Made by a program: the position numbers and the translations under genes. Of a stretch of DNA of 64,000 nucleotides, positions 12,791 through 25,822 are shown one piece after another. The stretch is from positions 248,001 to 312,000 of the forward strand of contig JAAOMT010000690.1 in assembly GCA_016748015.1 (NCBI GenBank), in the 5' to 3' direction. Every line of letters begins with the position of its first letter. The first letter of the stretch is position 1. This DNA comes from Geosiphon pyriformis uo1. Its lineage: Eukaryota; Fungi; Glomeromycota. Under the pieces are notes generated by a model, which ran no database searches, was not told where the DNA came from, and was given only the letters and a program-made list of their open reading frames with translations.

Positions 12791-14256
12791 GATCTTTGAA
12801 ACTTCAGGAATAGATATCCATAAATATTAATATTATGTTTTTTTATTCGATTTTCAAGTTTTTTATTTAACTAATCCTTATTAACAAAATATCTCAATTT
12901 ATTGTAAGCTAGTAAAAAGCATATCTAATTTTGAGAAAAACTCATAATTTATAAAAATTTAATAATTAAATTTCATTTACTAATAGTTTTCATTATATAA
13001 AGCATTTATCGTAAACATTCGGATCGAGTTGACAATTTATGGGACTGGCTATTCTTTAATCCGATCCGAATATATTTGTGCAGAATCGGATCTCGTTCAA
13101 TCCAACATTTAACTATATACACAAAACCTCTTAAAACTGTAAAATATCATTAAAGAATGATCAAATTGCACTCTTAATAATTTCTTACTTTTAGATTAAA
13201 GTCACCAATATTTTTTTTCTTGAATTTTAAAAACTGTGTTATTTTCTATTGGCAATCACTATTTTTTATTTTTTTATTTTTTTAAAAAAGATTGAAAACT
13301 GTGATTTTAAGATTGATGATATCAATAAAATTTTTGGCACATTCAATTCCTTTCTATTAAGAATTCTTTGATTAAATTTTAGCTACTTTTTTTTGTTATT
13401 TATTAGCTTGTTACTCTAATATATAACAATGTAATAGTCAATAATAAAATTCTGCTGTGTATCAAATTTTCAATTTGTGAAAATAACTTGAGAATAAATC
13501 TAAAGTTAACTTGTTAATATAAAAGTAAAAATAGTAATTCAAATTAGCTTTTGGTATAAATAAATAGTTCAATATTAGCTTTGGTTAAATAAATATTAAC
13601 TGAATTGTTGACAATTAAACAAGTTTTTGTTTTTTTTCTGAATAAAATAATATTTAATTCTGTTTTTTAAAACAATTGAAAATGTATTTTTATTAAATTC
13701 TAATTTTTTTATTTTTTTATTAGGCTTTTAAAAAATTAATTGCTGATTTGTTTTAAATATTTTTGTAAAGTGAAATTTATAAATCTTTATAACATTTAAA
13801 AAATTTACATTATTTTTTGCAATTAATTTAAAATTGTTTGTAATACTTAAGAATTTTTGTTTTTATTATTGGTTAATAGTTATTATTTTGGTCTATTTTA
13901 TTTTAATCTCTATTATATAAGTAATTAATTATTTTACCATTCATACCAGAAAAAATAAAATTATATTGAATCAATTTTTTTTGTTTAATTTGTTTTAAGT
14001 GTTAAAAAAATAATAATTAACAATTCCAAAATTTTTGGAACTGGTTTAAAGAAATATATTAGTAAAAACGTATTAGCCTTATATTAAAAATATCAATAAA
14101 AAAATAGTCCCATTAATTAATTAATCTATTTATTTATCTTTAGTCAAATATCGACAAATTTTAACTACTTAAATTTACATTTAAATAGTTGCTAACTGCT
14201 TAATTAAATTTTTTTAAAAAACCGAAAATAATAAATATACATTTATGCTGTGTTTT

Positions 14257-14463
14257 TATTATAACAAAATAAAACCAAAATCAGATAAAACAAACAAAAC
14301 AATTAAATACGACAAAAATATTTTATTTTTATTTTCATAACTAGTATTAATCTGCTCAAAAGACTAGAAACAAATCCAATTGGGGTTTTTTTTTATATTT
14401 GATACTTTATAAAATAACTAAAATATTCCAGAATGTTTTATAATATTTTGTATGTTTATAACA
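14257..14463 (-). repeat. 3' LTR (more heavily mutated copy)
   Basis: Aligns by eye to 18856-19104 with mostly G>A/C>T differences and a few deletions. Confidence 0.85.
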
Positions 14464-17400
14464 TTATTTTTTCTTAAGTAATGTTTTTTAAACAAGATAA
14501 ATTTGCTAAAATACTGAATATAAAACTTTTAAATCAGTCTTAGTAAATTTACAACCTTTTAATAGCCTTAAAAATCAAGCATCTTTTTTAAAAAACCAAA
14601 TATTTGATTAGCTTAAAATACAGAATTTAATTAATTTTAAATTTAATACTGTTTTTAAATTAAATAAATGGGAATAAATTTTTTGTATAACTAAAAATAA
14701 AAAATTTGTAATAAAATTCTGAATAATAAAACTTAAAAAATTATGAATTTTATAGTATATAAGAAGTTTTAATTTATAGATTACAGAATTAATTCAAGTT
14801 TTTTGTAATCTAATTTTTTAAAAACTTTATTTTTTGATTTTTTATTGTAAAAGCTAAACTTTTATCTATTTTTAAACATTAGTGCTTGATTCTATTGCTT
14901 ATTTATTTATTTTGCATTATTTAATATTGTTTTTGAATTTAAAATTAGATTTCTTAAATTTATTTAAGTTGAATAAAATGTTTTTAAGCAGAAAATTTGA
15001 TTAATTTTTCAGCCATAAAAAAATCGATTTAAAAATTCTATTTTAATTGGTAATAATTATATTTGTTTTAAAATTAATTAACATATTTAATTTGTTTATT
15101 GGTTTAAAAAATTGGTTATAAACCAAAAGTCAAATTGTAATTTTCAATTAAAAATTTTATTTGAAAAATTATAAAGCCTAATAATATTGTAAAAATTATG
15201 ATTTTTAAGCAAAAAATAAAATAATTATTTTAATTAAATAGTTATTCACAATAAAAACCAGGTTTTTTCTTTAACTAAAAACAAATTTGTTATAAAATTC
15301 ATTAAAATAGATTTTTAAAAATATTTTGAAATAAACAAAAATTATATTAAATTAAAAAACTAATAATGTAACATTTTGAATTAAAAGCAGATATTATAAA
15401 ATTTAATATAGTCTTTAACAAACTTTTATTGTCATAATTATTAATAATTTTTAGCAACAAACTTAAAAGTTTTATTAATTTCAAAATAATTAGAAAATAA
15501 GTTATGATGGCTTTTTTTAAAACTTCAAAATATTTTGAATCTTCTAAAACATAAATTAAATTATTATAAAACAAAAGACTGTATATATACTTGAATTTTG
15601 AAGTTAATAAACCAAATATAGAAAGATTATTTAAGCATAAGCATTAAAGATTATCAATTGATTAGTAATTTTAAGTTAATATATAAAGAAAAAATAGCAA
15701 TAATCTTAAAGTATTTAGACTTAAGCAGTATAATTTATTGTTAATTGTAATTTTTTATTTTTTTTGATTTGAATTTTAAATATTATAAAAAACTGTTAAT
15801 TTTGTTTTACAGTAAACTTAATAGTAAAAAATTGAAAAATTGAAGTCAGTTATAAAGATTAACTATTAAACTTAGTGTTATTTAAAAATTTTAATTATTA
15901 TAAGGTATTAAACATTTTTGTAAATACTAAAAACAGTAAATTAATGCTAAATACCAATAAAATAATTCTGTTATTATTCAAAATTAACAATATATTAAAA
16001 GCTTTTTGTTATAAACTTCATAGTTCATTTCTAAACAGAAAACTAACATAAATAAAAAGCAACAAAATATAAATTCATATTATAATAAAACTTTTTAAAA
16101 AACAAAATCTAAAATATTAGTTTTAATAATATATGATTTTGCTAAATTAGTATAAATTAGAACAAAAGAAGTGTAAAAAATTGATTGAAATTTTTTGGTT
16201 TATTAAAATATCTTTTAAAAAAATAATATAACGAAAAATTCTATAAATGTTAAAAACAAACCATATATGTTTATTATGGTTTTTTAATTATTAAAATACC
16301 AAATAATAAATTAATCTGAAAAATAATATTTATTAAAAGGTTAAAAAATAGTAAATATATTTATAGCATATTTGAAAACTGTTTTTTATGCATACATGCC
16401 AAGTTTTTAACATTTTAAAAATCAGTTTGGATAAATATCTAAGCAAATACAGCCAATTCAAAAGATTTAAGATTAAGAGCAGTAAATGAAAATTCTTAAA
16501 TATAATCTGAATAAGACTTCGATAATTAATATAAAGCTTAGAAAAATTATCTTTTCTCTTAATAAAATTATCAGTTGAAATTTGAATTAAAATTCAACAT
16601 AAAAATATTTCTATAATTTTTATTATTAATTACCATTTTATTATTGTTTTATATTTTATTATAAATTGTTCTCTTATTATATAGTTAAATTATTAATAAT
16701 TTTTACTAATTAATAATTAAATTAATATACTGCACACATATAATATTCTAAACTATATAATATTAAAAAGTTTACTAAAATATTAAGATATTTGCTAAAA
16801 TAGTTAAAAGTTTACTAAAATATTTTATATTTTGCTAAAATATACAATTACTTCTTAAATATTAAGAATTCGATATAGTATTATAAAAAATACATAAAAA
16901 AAAAGCTTTGCTTTTTTTAAAAATGTAATTTACAATAAACATTTAACAAGTAGAATTAGTTAAAACACAAAATAAAAAAATTAATTCTTACTTAAAAAAC
17001 CAAATTACAAAAATTAATTATTTCCTATTTTTTAAACTAAGAGCTCTATAAACAATTTTAGTGGATTAATGAGTTTACTAGTTTTAAGTCTAAGTAGTTT
17101 TATCAAAATTAATAATTTATATTTCTAAACAATTTTTTTTAAAACTTATTTTATTTTCTTTCTTATTTTCTTTTATTTATTATTTATTATATATTATTAT
17201 AAATAGTTTAAACTAATTGTGTCTTTGGAAAATAACTATGACACATAATATCAAAGTTTAATAGCTAGTAAACACATTAATCTACAGTTAAAATTTCCTG
17301 TAAAAAATTTGACTTTTATTGCAAAGTAACTATGTATTTGATATAAAAAATTGGTTTTTTTATAATCTTAAAGCATCAATATTTTAAAAGATTAAAACTA

Positions 17401-18855
17401 AAAAAATTAATTTTGATAAGTTTATTAGAGATATAACAACTTTCAAAAACATTAAAATTAAGAACAAAATACTTGTAATATTATTAAAAACAAAATCGTT
17501 TTTTATCAAACATATTAACATGCTTCTAATATTTGTTTGACAATTTAAAAATATTAAAAAGTTCTGGTTTGTTAACTTTTGCTAATAAAATATAAAATAC
17601 AAATGTTAAATTGGTATAAGTTAGCTAAAACATTGGCAAAAAAGATTTTAGTAAACTTTTTATGTTAACAAATACTGACTACTTGAAAATTATTAGCATA
17701 TTTGATTTTGCGAAATTTTCAATCAATTATAATAAACAACTAATATTTTCAAAGACAATAAATTAACTCTTAATAGTTTTTAAATACATAAGATGCTGTT
17801 TTTTAATAAATGGAATATTATATATATTTTCAAAGTTTTTGTTAAGAAAGCAAAAAATAACAGTAAAATTAATTTAAAATTTGAATTTTAATAATATAAC
17901 TGAAGTTTAAGACAGAACTAAATGTTAAACAAAAACTTGGCAAAGACTTAAATTTAAAACTGAAACTTAAGTTAAATTAGAAACTTAATTTAAAATATTA
18001 ACAGAACTTTAAGTACTTAGAATATGTAATTCTTACTGTGTTTGAACTTAATTATTTTTAATGAAACTTTTACAACTTTATTAATCAACTTAATAAAACA
18101 CTAAAAGAAAATATAGCCAGATTTTTACAATATAAGCAAAATTTATTAATATAATAGTGAAATTTTTTAGCTTCTGTAAATGATTTGAAACAAGTTATAT
18201 TAATTACTATTGAAATATAGTTGACTAGTTAATCAATTGTATAAAAGTAAAAAAGAGAATTAATAAAATATTTTTAAAAACATTATTTCTTATAATATTT
18301 AAAAAGTTAATTGTTGTAATAAACTGTTTTATTTAATGGTTTTGCTGAGTGTCGTAGTATTTGATAACATTAATAACAAATCTTAAAAAAATCAAAATGA
18401 AACTAATTAATTAGAGCTTTTTTTTAGCTAATATTGTATACAAGTTGGCAAAATTTAGCAGTATAAATTATGGCAAAGTGGTTTTTTTTAAAAAAAAATA
18501 GTATAGTAGTGGCAGAAATTTAGGTCTTATCTGTATTATCAAAAGTTGCTTCAAATTCTTTAAAAAATCTTGTAAAATCTTAGAGTAATGAGAAAAATAT
18601 TTCAATTAAAGATGCAAATTATACAAACAATATACATAAAAAGTATGCCAATGCGTACAATTTGGTTAACATTATTTGAATTCAGATGCAAAAGTTTAAA
18701 ATAAAATAATTTGAACATATTAGAGCTATACAAAAGACTTTTTTAAAAAAGTGTTCTCTTATTAAACATGTTAAAAGACTTGGAAGAATTAAGCAAGATT
18801 AATCTGTTTCAAAGATATAATAGAATATAAATAAAATAATGGAACCAAATTAAAT

Positions 18856-19104
18856 TGTTATGATAAGATGAGGCTGAAATAGAACCGGAACCAGAACCAA
18901 ATAAAACAAACAAAACAACTAAACAACACAGAATTAATGTAAAGTTTTATTTTCATAATTGGTGTTGATTTGCTTAGGGACTGGAAACAGACCCAACTGG
19001 TTTCTTTTTTTCTATCTGGCATTCACAAAATAGTTTACTAAATTGCGTCTATAAGAAACTAGAATGTTCCAGAATGTTCAATGATATTTTGTATGCCCGT
19101 AACA
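18856..19104 (-). repeat. 5' LTR (better preserved copy)
   Basis: TG...CA termini with an imperfect terminal inverted repeat (TGTTATG/CGTAACA). Homologous to 14257-14463. Confidence 0.85.
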
Positions 19105-19207
19105 GTTTTATATTATAATTATAATTATTAATAAATAAAAATATTCAGTAATTTGCAATTAATTCTAACATCTTTTTATCATAAATATAATGTTAAAAAA
19201 ATAATAG

Positions 19208-19208
<1 letters not shown>

Positions 19209-19295
<87 letters not shown>

Positions 19296-19302
19296 TAATA
19301 AT
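19209..19302. repeat. (AAT)n microsatellite, ~30 units
   Basis: Long near-perfect ATA/AAT run with one AAC interruption. Confidence 0.95.
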
Positions 19303-22300
19303 ATATTTTCTTTTTAATATTGTATCTAAATATTTAAAAGAAATATAAGCAATAGTAAGAATGTAAATTCAATTTATATAAACAATCAACAAATTATTAT
19401 ATATTATTTTTTAAATATTATTTGAATAACATAAAAAATTTAAAATTGTTTATTTGATTAAGCAGAATAAAAGATTATTGAGATTTTTAATAAAAGATAT
19501 ATGACAAAAAAATCAATAATTATAATTGGTAATTATACAGAAATATGCATAAAAAATTAACTCTTTTTATTGGTAATATCGAAAAAAGTATAGGGATAAA
19601 AATATTGTAACAAATGGAAAGAAAGCATTTTATATTTAATAAAAACCATTAAATTTAAGATGCGGTATTTTGAACATGATCACGTTTAAGACTATTTTAT
19701 TAAAGTTAATTTATTTTGAGATTATTTAAAAAAAAATATGAATTTTTAGTGATATGCAATTATTAATTAAATAATTTTTTTTAATATTGTCTCTTCCAAG
19801 TTCGTTTCATTTTTATTATTGTTTTATCCTTAATATATTTGCAATTAACATGACATCTAAATTCTATATTTATAGATATTTATTTTTAAATGAGCCAGAT
19901 AAAAACTTATGAAAAGTTAGAATTTTTAATTTTTTTAAAGAAAACCGGGTACTATTTCTTATCAAACCATTGAAAAATAGTTATTTATTCTCATGATGAG
20001 AAAAATGGTTTTTTTTTTGATTTACCTGATTTAATTAAGCCTTATCAATTAATTTTCAAATTCAACTGTATCTCTATTAGATTAAATTGATTGGAGCTGA
20101 TTAAGCTTGATAGAAATATCATCAAACAATTTTGAGATCGTATCAAATCATAATATTTGAGTTTTAAAAGATGTTTATTTGTTTTAAAAATTTAAATCTC
20201 GATTTCTCAACTTTATTCACTTTCTTTTTTCGATTTAAAAAAGGGTCTGTTCTCTAAAAATATGTTTTACTAGACCTGTAAATTTTTATTATCTATAAAA
20301 AAACCCAAGCAGTCAGGAAAATTAAAAACAGTCAATTTAAACATCAAAGTTTTAGGGAATGAATCCGTCGAAGAAGAGCTCTCCTTTATTTTGAAACCCT
20401 TACCAGATGAAACAACTGTAATTTACCCACATGAAAATTTTGTGAGGCTTTATGATGTGCATTAACATGTAGTACACAATCGACCTTGTTTGGTAAATTG
20501 GTCGAACCAAATCTTTGTTAAGACGTAAATCATCAGCTGGTAATGTCATCGTTACCAACACTACTTTATCAGATTATCACAGGCGGAAACTTTATGCGAT
20601 AGCCAAATTTCTTGGCTAATTGGCAAATAAAAACTTTAAAATTGTAAAAACGTGGTTCATAAATGTTAAAAAGAAGCAAGACTAGACATCGAGTTAAAGA
20701 AATTTTGCCATGTTTTGTTTGTGAGCACTATTTTTTTTGTTATGCATTAAAAACTTTTAAAAATCAAATTTTCTTTGTGCCTATTTTGGGTTTTAGCTTC
20801 TTAATTTGTGATTTGTGATTTGTGATTCAATAAGGAGAGAATTTTGAATAGTAAAAAGTTTTCCAATGGGAATATTAAATTTTAGCGACGCCGTTTTTCT
20901 AAACTTACAAAACTTGTACTTTTAAAGCATAATTTTGATATTAAAAGCAACATATTTATTCTCTCACTCATATTTGCATTTTTTTTGTCATTTCAATTGG
21001 TAACAAACGGGTCTGAATCCTGTTCCTTTGAAAAATTACGTTTTGTGAAGAATAAACAACAGCTTAGATCTTAAAAAATTAGATTGAAATATTCAAAAGA
21101 TTTTTAAGGGTCTAAGTGTTGACTATATAGACTTCTTAATTACCAACTTAACCTATTTTTTCAAATTACATTCCATGTTTAAGATGTATTCAAATTCAAA
21201 GGTGATAAAAGTCAGCACAGTGGCATCAAACCCCTTTAAAATGTTTAATTAAGACACTATTCAAATTTCAATTACTATCTTGTTTACCCATTTATAATTT
21301 AATTGAAAACAAGTGATTTTCATGAAAACAAAGGTCTACAACATATAGTTGAAGAATCTAAAATTATATTAATTATTGGTAAAATATTTACCAATGAATA
21401 TTCACAATAAACCTAGCAAATTAAAAGCTTTAGAAAAAAAAAAATTCGAAACTGTGAGAAAATTGAAAAAGACATTAATATTTCCAAAAGTCATTCCTAA
21501 ATATTTGATTCCTTTTAATTATTATTAGAATAGTCTTTGATAAAACTTTTATTTTTTGAAGACTTAAAGAAAATATTGATTCTTCCAAAGTTTTCAGGAA
21601 TGGTTTTTGTCTATTTCCATAAAAAATAATGAGATAAAATAAGCTCATCTAGGTGATTAAGTAGTACACATGTTTTAAACATTTTAATACCCATTGTTGT
21701 TGCATAAATTTCCCGTTTTTTTTTTTTAAAGGAAAATTTCATGTTCAATGTCGCAGTGTACAAGCCTACATAGAAATTCTCCTGTTTGGTGTAATTCAAA
21801 ATTTTAAAAAGAATTTAAAATTGACAAAGTGTAAACTTTACAAATTGAATTTTTTGATCAATCACAAAACCGTCCCAAAAAAATTGTGAAATCTCAAAAT
21901 TTAATAAAAAGCTTTTATGCAGTGAGATTTATTTTTGGCGATGTTAACTTAGCCAGTTACAGTTACAATCAGAGAAATTCATCTGAATTAATTATTTCGC
22001 TGTTTGTTATCTCTTTTTGCTATTCTCAATGCGACTCTTCTTTTAGATATTCAATGGTCTCTTGCATTAGATGATGATAGTCAATTTGGACATTTTTAGC
22101 TCTAAAGGTAAATAAAACACGTTTTTATTAGTGGTACCCATACAGTTATGATTTCATTTCTTCACCAAAAAAAAAAATTTTTATGAAAAATATGAGGTCA
22201 TTTTTAGAAAGAAATTTAATTACATTTTTCAATACATGCTATTTTTGACGCAATCCCCATTTCACTGGTAGAATAAATTTTCCCGGTATACTTGTCTAAA

Positions 22301-24436
22301 TTCATGTTTATGTGGGAATTTTGATTACAAGAAAACTCGTCATTTTTATGACCTCCATAAAACGTGCTTTAGATTGCTGTTACCTTTTCCTTAAATGGAA
22401 GACACAAATACAAAACTGAACCAAACTAAGCTATCAGGAAACTAAGTATTATTTTGCCGTACCTGGGAGAATGTGGTCACTTGTTTGGAATACAAACCTT
22501 TTTTAAAAGAAAATTTTAAATAATTATCCAAACTATTTTGATGCCAAAAATTCTTAAAATTTCAATAAACTAAAAACAATCGAACAAAGACTGAGAGTTT
22601 TAGATAATCTAGTGTTGAATACAGAAGAGCAACTTTCAAGAATCTATCGACGAAAATTAGAAATTTCTCACCTTTGTGATAAAATATTAATCTCAACAAA
22701 TATAAACAAGTAGGCGGGATTTGATTTTTTTGACGGATATCTCAGTTACCGATCGATCTTCTTTTTATTAATTATTTGACAATAAACTCGTCTAAATTAC
22801 TTTGGCTTTATTCATATTCTTTGATCATAATCTCAATAGTGTTCCATTTAATACATTCACTCATGTTTCTAGAAGCCTCAAACGCAAAAATTCAAATCTC
22901 TTCTAACAAAATGGTAAATCTAGTTTTTTTCAGATAAATGTTTCTCACGCTAGAAGGTATCTTTTATACAACATGATGATTTTCTTCCATAGAATTTTCA
23001 ATAAACTTCTACCTTTTGTAAAAAGCTTATTACATGTATCATACATTCTGCATGGAGATCATTTCAAACAAATAAAGCAAAAAACTCTTACATATCCAAT
23101 CTTGAAATTCTCAAACTTCAAACCCTTTCCCTGAAGTCTCCCTAGAAGATATTTTTTTCAACTATTTTCCCATGACATCAAGTTCAAATATTCTGGTCCC
23201 CTAAGCCATTCTTATCTTTTGATGTTATGCAGAGATGCCTTTATCTGTACACATTTATAAATCAACCTTGTACAAAAAGGGTTTCACACAAAAGTACATC
23301 AGGAGAAAAGGGATTAGAAATCGGTTTTTGTCATAGAAAAAAATTCTGAATTAAAATTTTTTTCTTAAGATTCTTTTTACTTTTGAACTTTTGGATTGTT
23401 TCCTTTTTCAACTTACAATTAATTACTCAATTCTCTACTTCAGCTGTTCGCCTTCGTAAGAAACTCAACATTATTCAAGGAATTATCAAATTTATTATAT
23501 CATGCATCTATTCTTTGACAGATAAATTATGCTATTTACCTATTTCGGCCGCTACCTAAAAACTCGTGCCGAATATATGATTAGTGATAGGGCACAGAAT
23601 TTTTGCATTCCTAATGGTAAACACATACGGCGCTGACCAAAGGGGACTGAAAATTTTTTACAAATCAACTTTTCAATCATCTCTTTAATATGGATACCAC
23701 AATGATGATATTTGTACTCAATATGTCAGCCGACCATGTTTATAGGGATCACGTATCACCGAACGAAACTCCCATTATCGTTAGTTGACAAAGGGGAGTG
23801 AAGGTGGAACAATAGCCACTTATACCATTTTCCGATAAAGTCTACGAGATTATTCTAGTTATAAACCTGATTCAAACAAAACTCCGAAAATATACTAAAC
23901 AAATAAGAAACTAGCCTTAAATAAGGGTAGGCTATATCCTATTTTATCATATTTCATTCACGACTTTATTAGTGTCAAATAGGGGAAACATTTTATAAAT
24001 ACTTACGCCGCCTTTGAACCCTTTTGACGCCCCCAAAAAACAAAAAAGTTCAAAACGTCGCAGTATACGATATTTAACATGTTGGAAGTGGTTTTATATG
24101 TGTATTCGAGAGAAAGCAGTGTTTTCTGATATATGACTTTCAACAAAAACGACCAACCACAATCTTACTATTACCAATATCAACAAAACGAAGAACAAAA
24201 ATAAAATACCATCTAAAAAAACTACTCTGTTGTCCTTTACAATTAAAAGTTAAAGTCGACACAAACAACCTTTTCTTAAATATTATTTCTCCTTGAAAGA
24301 TTTATCGCGCTTTCTTTAGAGCAGCGTCCTGGGCTCTATTTGCGTTTTTAAAAAGAGAACTACCTTCACGTGGTCCGCTATTGTGTACTTTTCTGTGCCC
24401 ATTTAAATCGGTCTTCGGAGTAACAAGGCAACTTCC

Positions 24437-25822
24437 ATGATGTCTGGTGGAAAGGTAAACCGTCCAGGTGTTTATTCTTCTGTGAGGTTATATTAGATTT
24501 GATTTCGTTTAATGAGAAAGGCCCAACCGAAAGGCTCGTATACCTCTAACCAGCTTATCCAATATTATCAATTCAAAAATAGGAGCTTAAAATATTCGCC
24601 ACATGTCTTGATTTAATATTACTGTCTATTCTCCTCTACCAAGTCGTGGTGTATATGCGTCGTTACAAAGAAGACCGTTTACTATTAAAATCATGGATTT
24701 GGACAAACACTGCTCTCGAATTAGGTATTTGATGGATATAATTTGAATGCTCTAATTTTTGTCTCAATATATTTTTTGACTCTTTTTTCCTTTTTAATAG
24801 CTTCAACGGTAGTTTTAATTTTGGGAATATACTATCCAGAAGACTGGCAAGTTACTGACATAGTTATCACGAGCATAATAGTCTTTTTGTGTCAAATATT
24901 TCTTGGGTTTCAAGCCTATCTTGCGTCAAATCAAAAATGGCCTTTCATAATCGGTATTGGGAGTGCCTCAGTCTTTACATTTGTTGCTGGTATATTTTCT
25001 GCAATTAAAATTAAAAATTCTGCTCAAGCACACATTTCATATATCACGTAAGTACCAAAATTTCTCTTGTCTTCCGGAATTGAGTTGTTTATGATCAAAA
25101 AATTGATAGCTTATGCGAATTTATGGGCCAAAAGTACGATTGTTTTTCTATCCTTGTCCGCAGGACTGGACATATTGCTTGCAGTCGTCTTTTCTTATGG
25201 CTTTATTACGGTATGCAAGATTCCTTGATGTATACTTTTTATTCTAACAAATTCAAATACTTACCATAATAGATATTTTTAGGGCAAGAAAACCTTTGAT
25301 CCAGTTGCTTATCGTGTAATGCGTATTCTTCTCTTCACAATGAATTTATTAGCATTGCTAGCTATTTTGGATATTATCACGTTCGCTATGATGCGATCTT
25401 ATTCCGGAGTGTAAGTCTTTAGATTTTTCCTAGTTTCATATCATCAAACGATATTTTGAATTTGAAACTGAATTTTTTCTTTTCCATCCAAAAGAGCACT
25501 CGTCATACACGTAATATCCGTAAAAGCCTACTTACTCACGGTGCTTTGGCCCATCAACAGACGAAATAAATCGGCGAGTATTATATGCTCGGACGAAAAC
25601 CCAAAAAATCTAAAGAAAAATTCGATTGATGTTGAGCCAAGCCGTATTAGTGTGAGTAGTGGCTATGTTTATGATGGAAAAATCAATCAATTAAATGCAC
25701 CTGCGTCCGCATACATCGCTGGATCAAAATCAAGTACAATGACGTCAGCCAATCGTCTCAGCCAAATAAATTTGGGAGCAACCCATGCTGGGTATTGGGC
25801 ATCTCTAAACGATGATTGGTAA
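24437..25822 (+). CDS. Multi-pass (about 7 TM) membrane protein, fungal DUF6534-like / GPCR-like, ~321 aa
   Basis: Exons 24437-24481, 24583-24724, 24801-25047, 25135-25210, 25283-25410, 25495-25822 total 966 nt in frame. Motifs ILLYQVVVYMRRYKEDRLLLKSWIW, LSAGLDILLAVV and KAYLLTVLWPINRR, followed by a Ser-rich tail. The first exon and the intron-3 acceptor (AAG at 25134) were chosen by reading frame and are less certain. Confidence 0.8.

Larger units (their letters stand above)
14257..19104 (-). mobile_element. Ty3/Gypsy (chromovirus-like) LTR retrotransposon with both LTRs, hypermutated
   Basis: Direct-repeat LTRs at 14257-14463 and 18856-19104 (TGTTATGA...CCGTAACA; left copy TATTATAA...TATAACA). 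5-bp TSD GTTTT at 14252-14256 and 19105-19109. On the minus strand there is a PBS-like TGGTTCC just inside the right LTR and a purine tract just inside the left LTR. Minus-strand relics read KLDYKKL..INSVIYKLKLLIYYKIHNFF (integrase GPY/F tail, ~14735-14818) and IKYLVF*KR..A.*KVVNL (chromodomain-like, ~14545-14608). Confidence 0.85.

Noticed and set aside
13017-13071. Inverted repeat ATTCGGATCG...CGATCCGAAT
   Set aside because: Only 10-bp arms, with no TSD or second copy found, so it cannot be assigned to an element.
15347-15574. I/K/L/N/F-rich ORFs in AT-rich blocks (also 35810-36028 and 49339-49584)
   Set aside because: Chance ORFs in hypermutated repeat DNA with no credible domain content.
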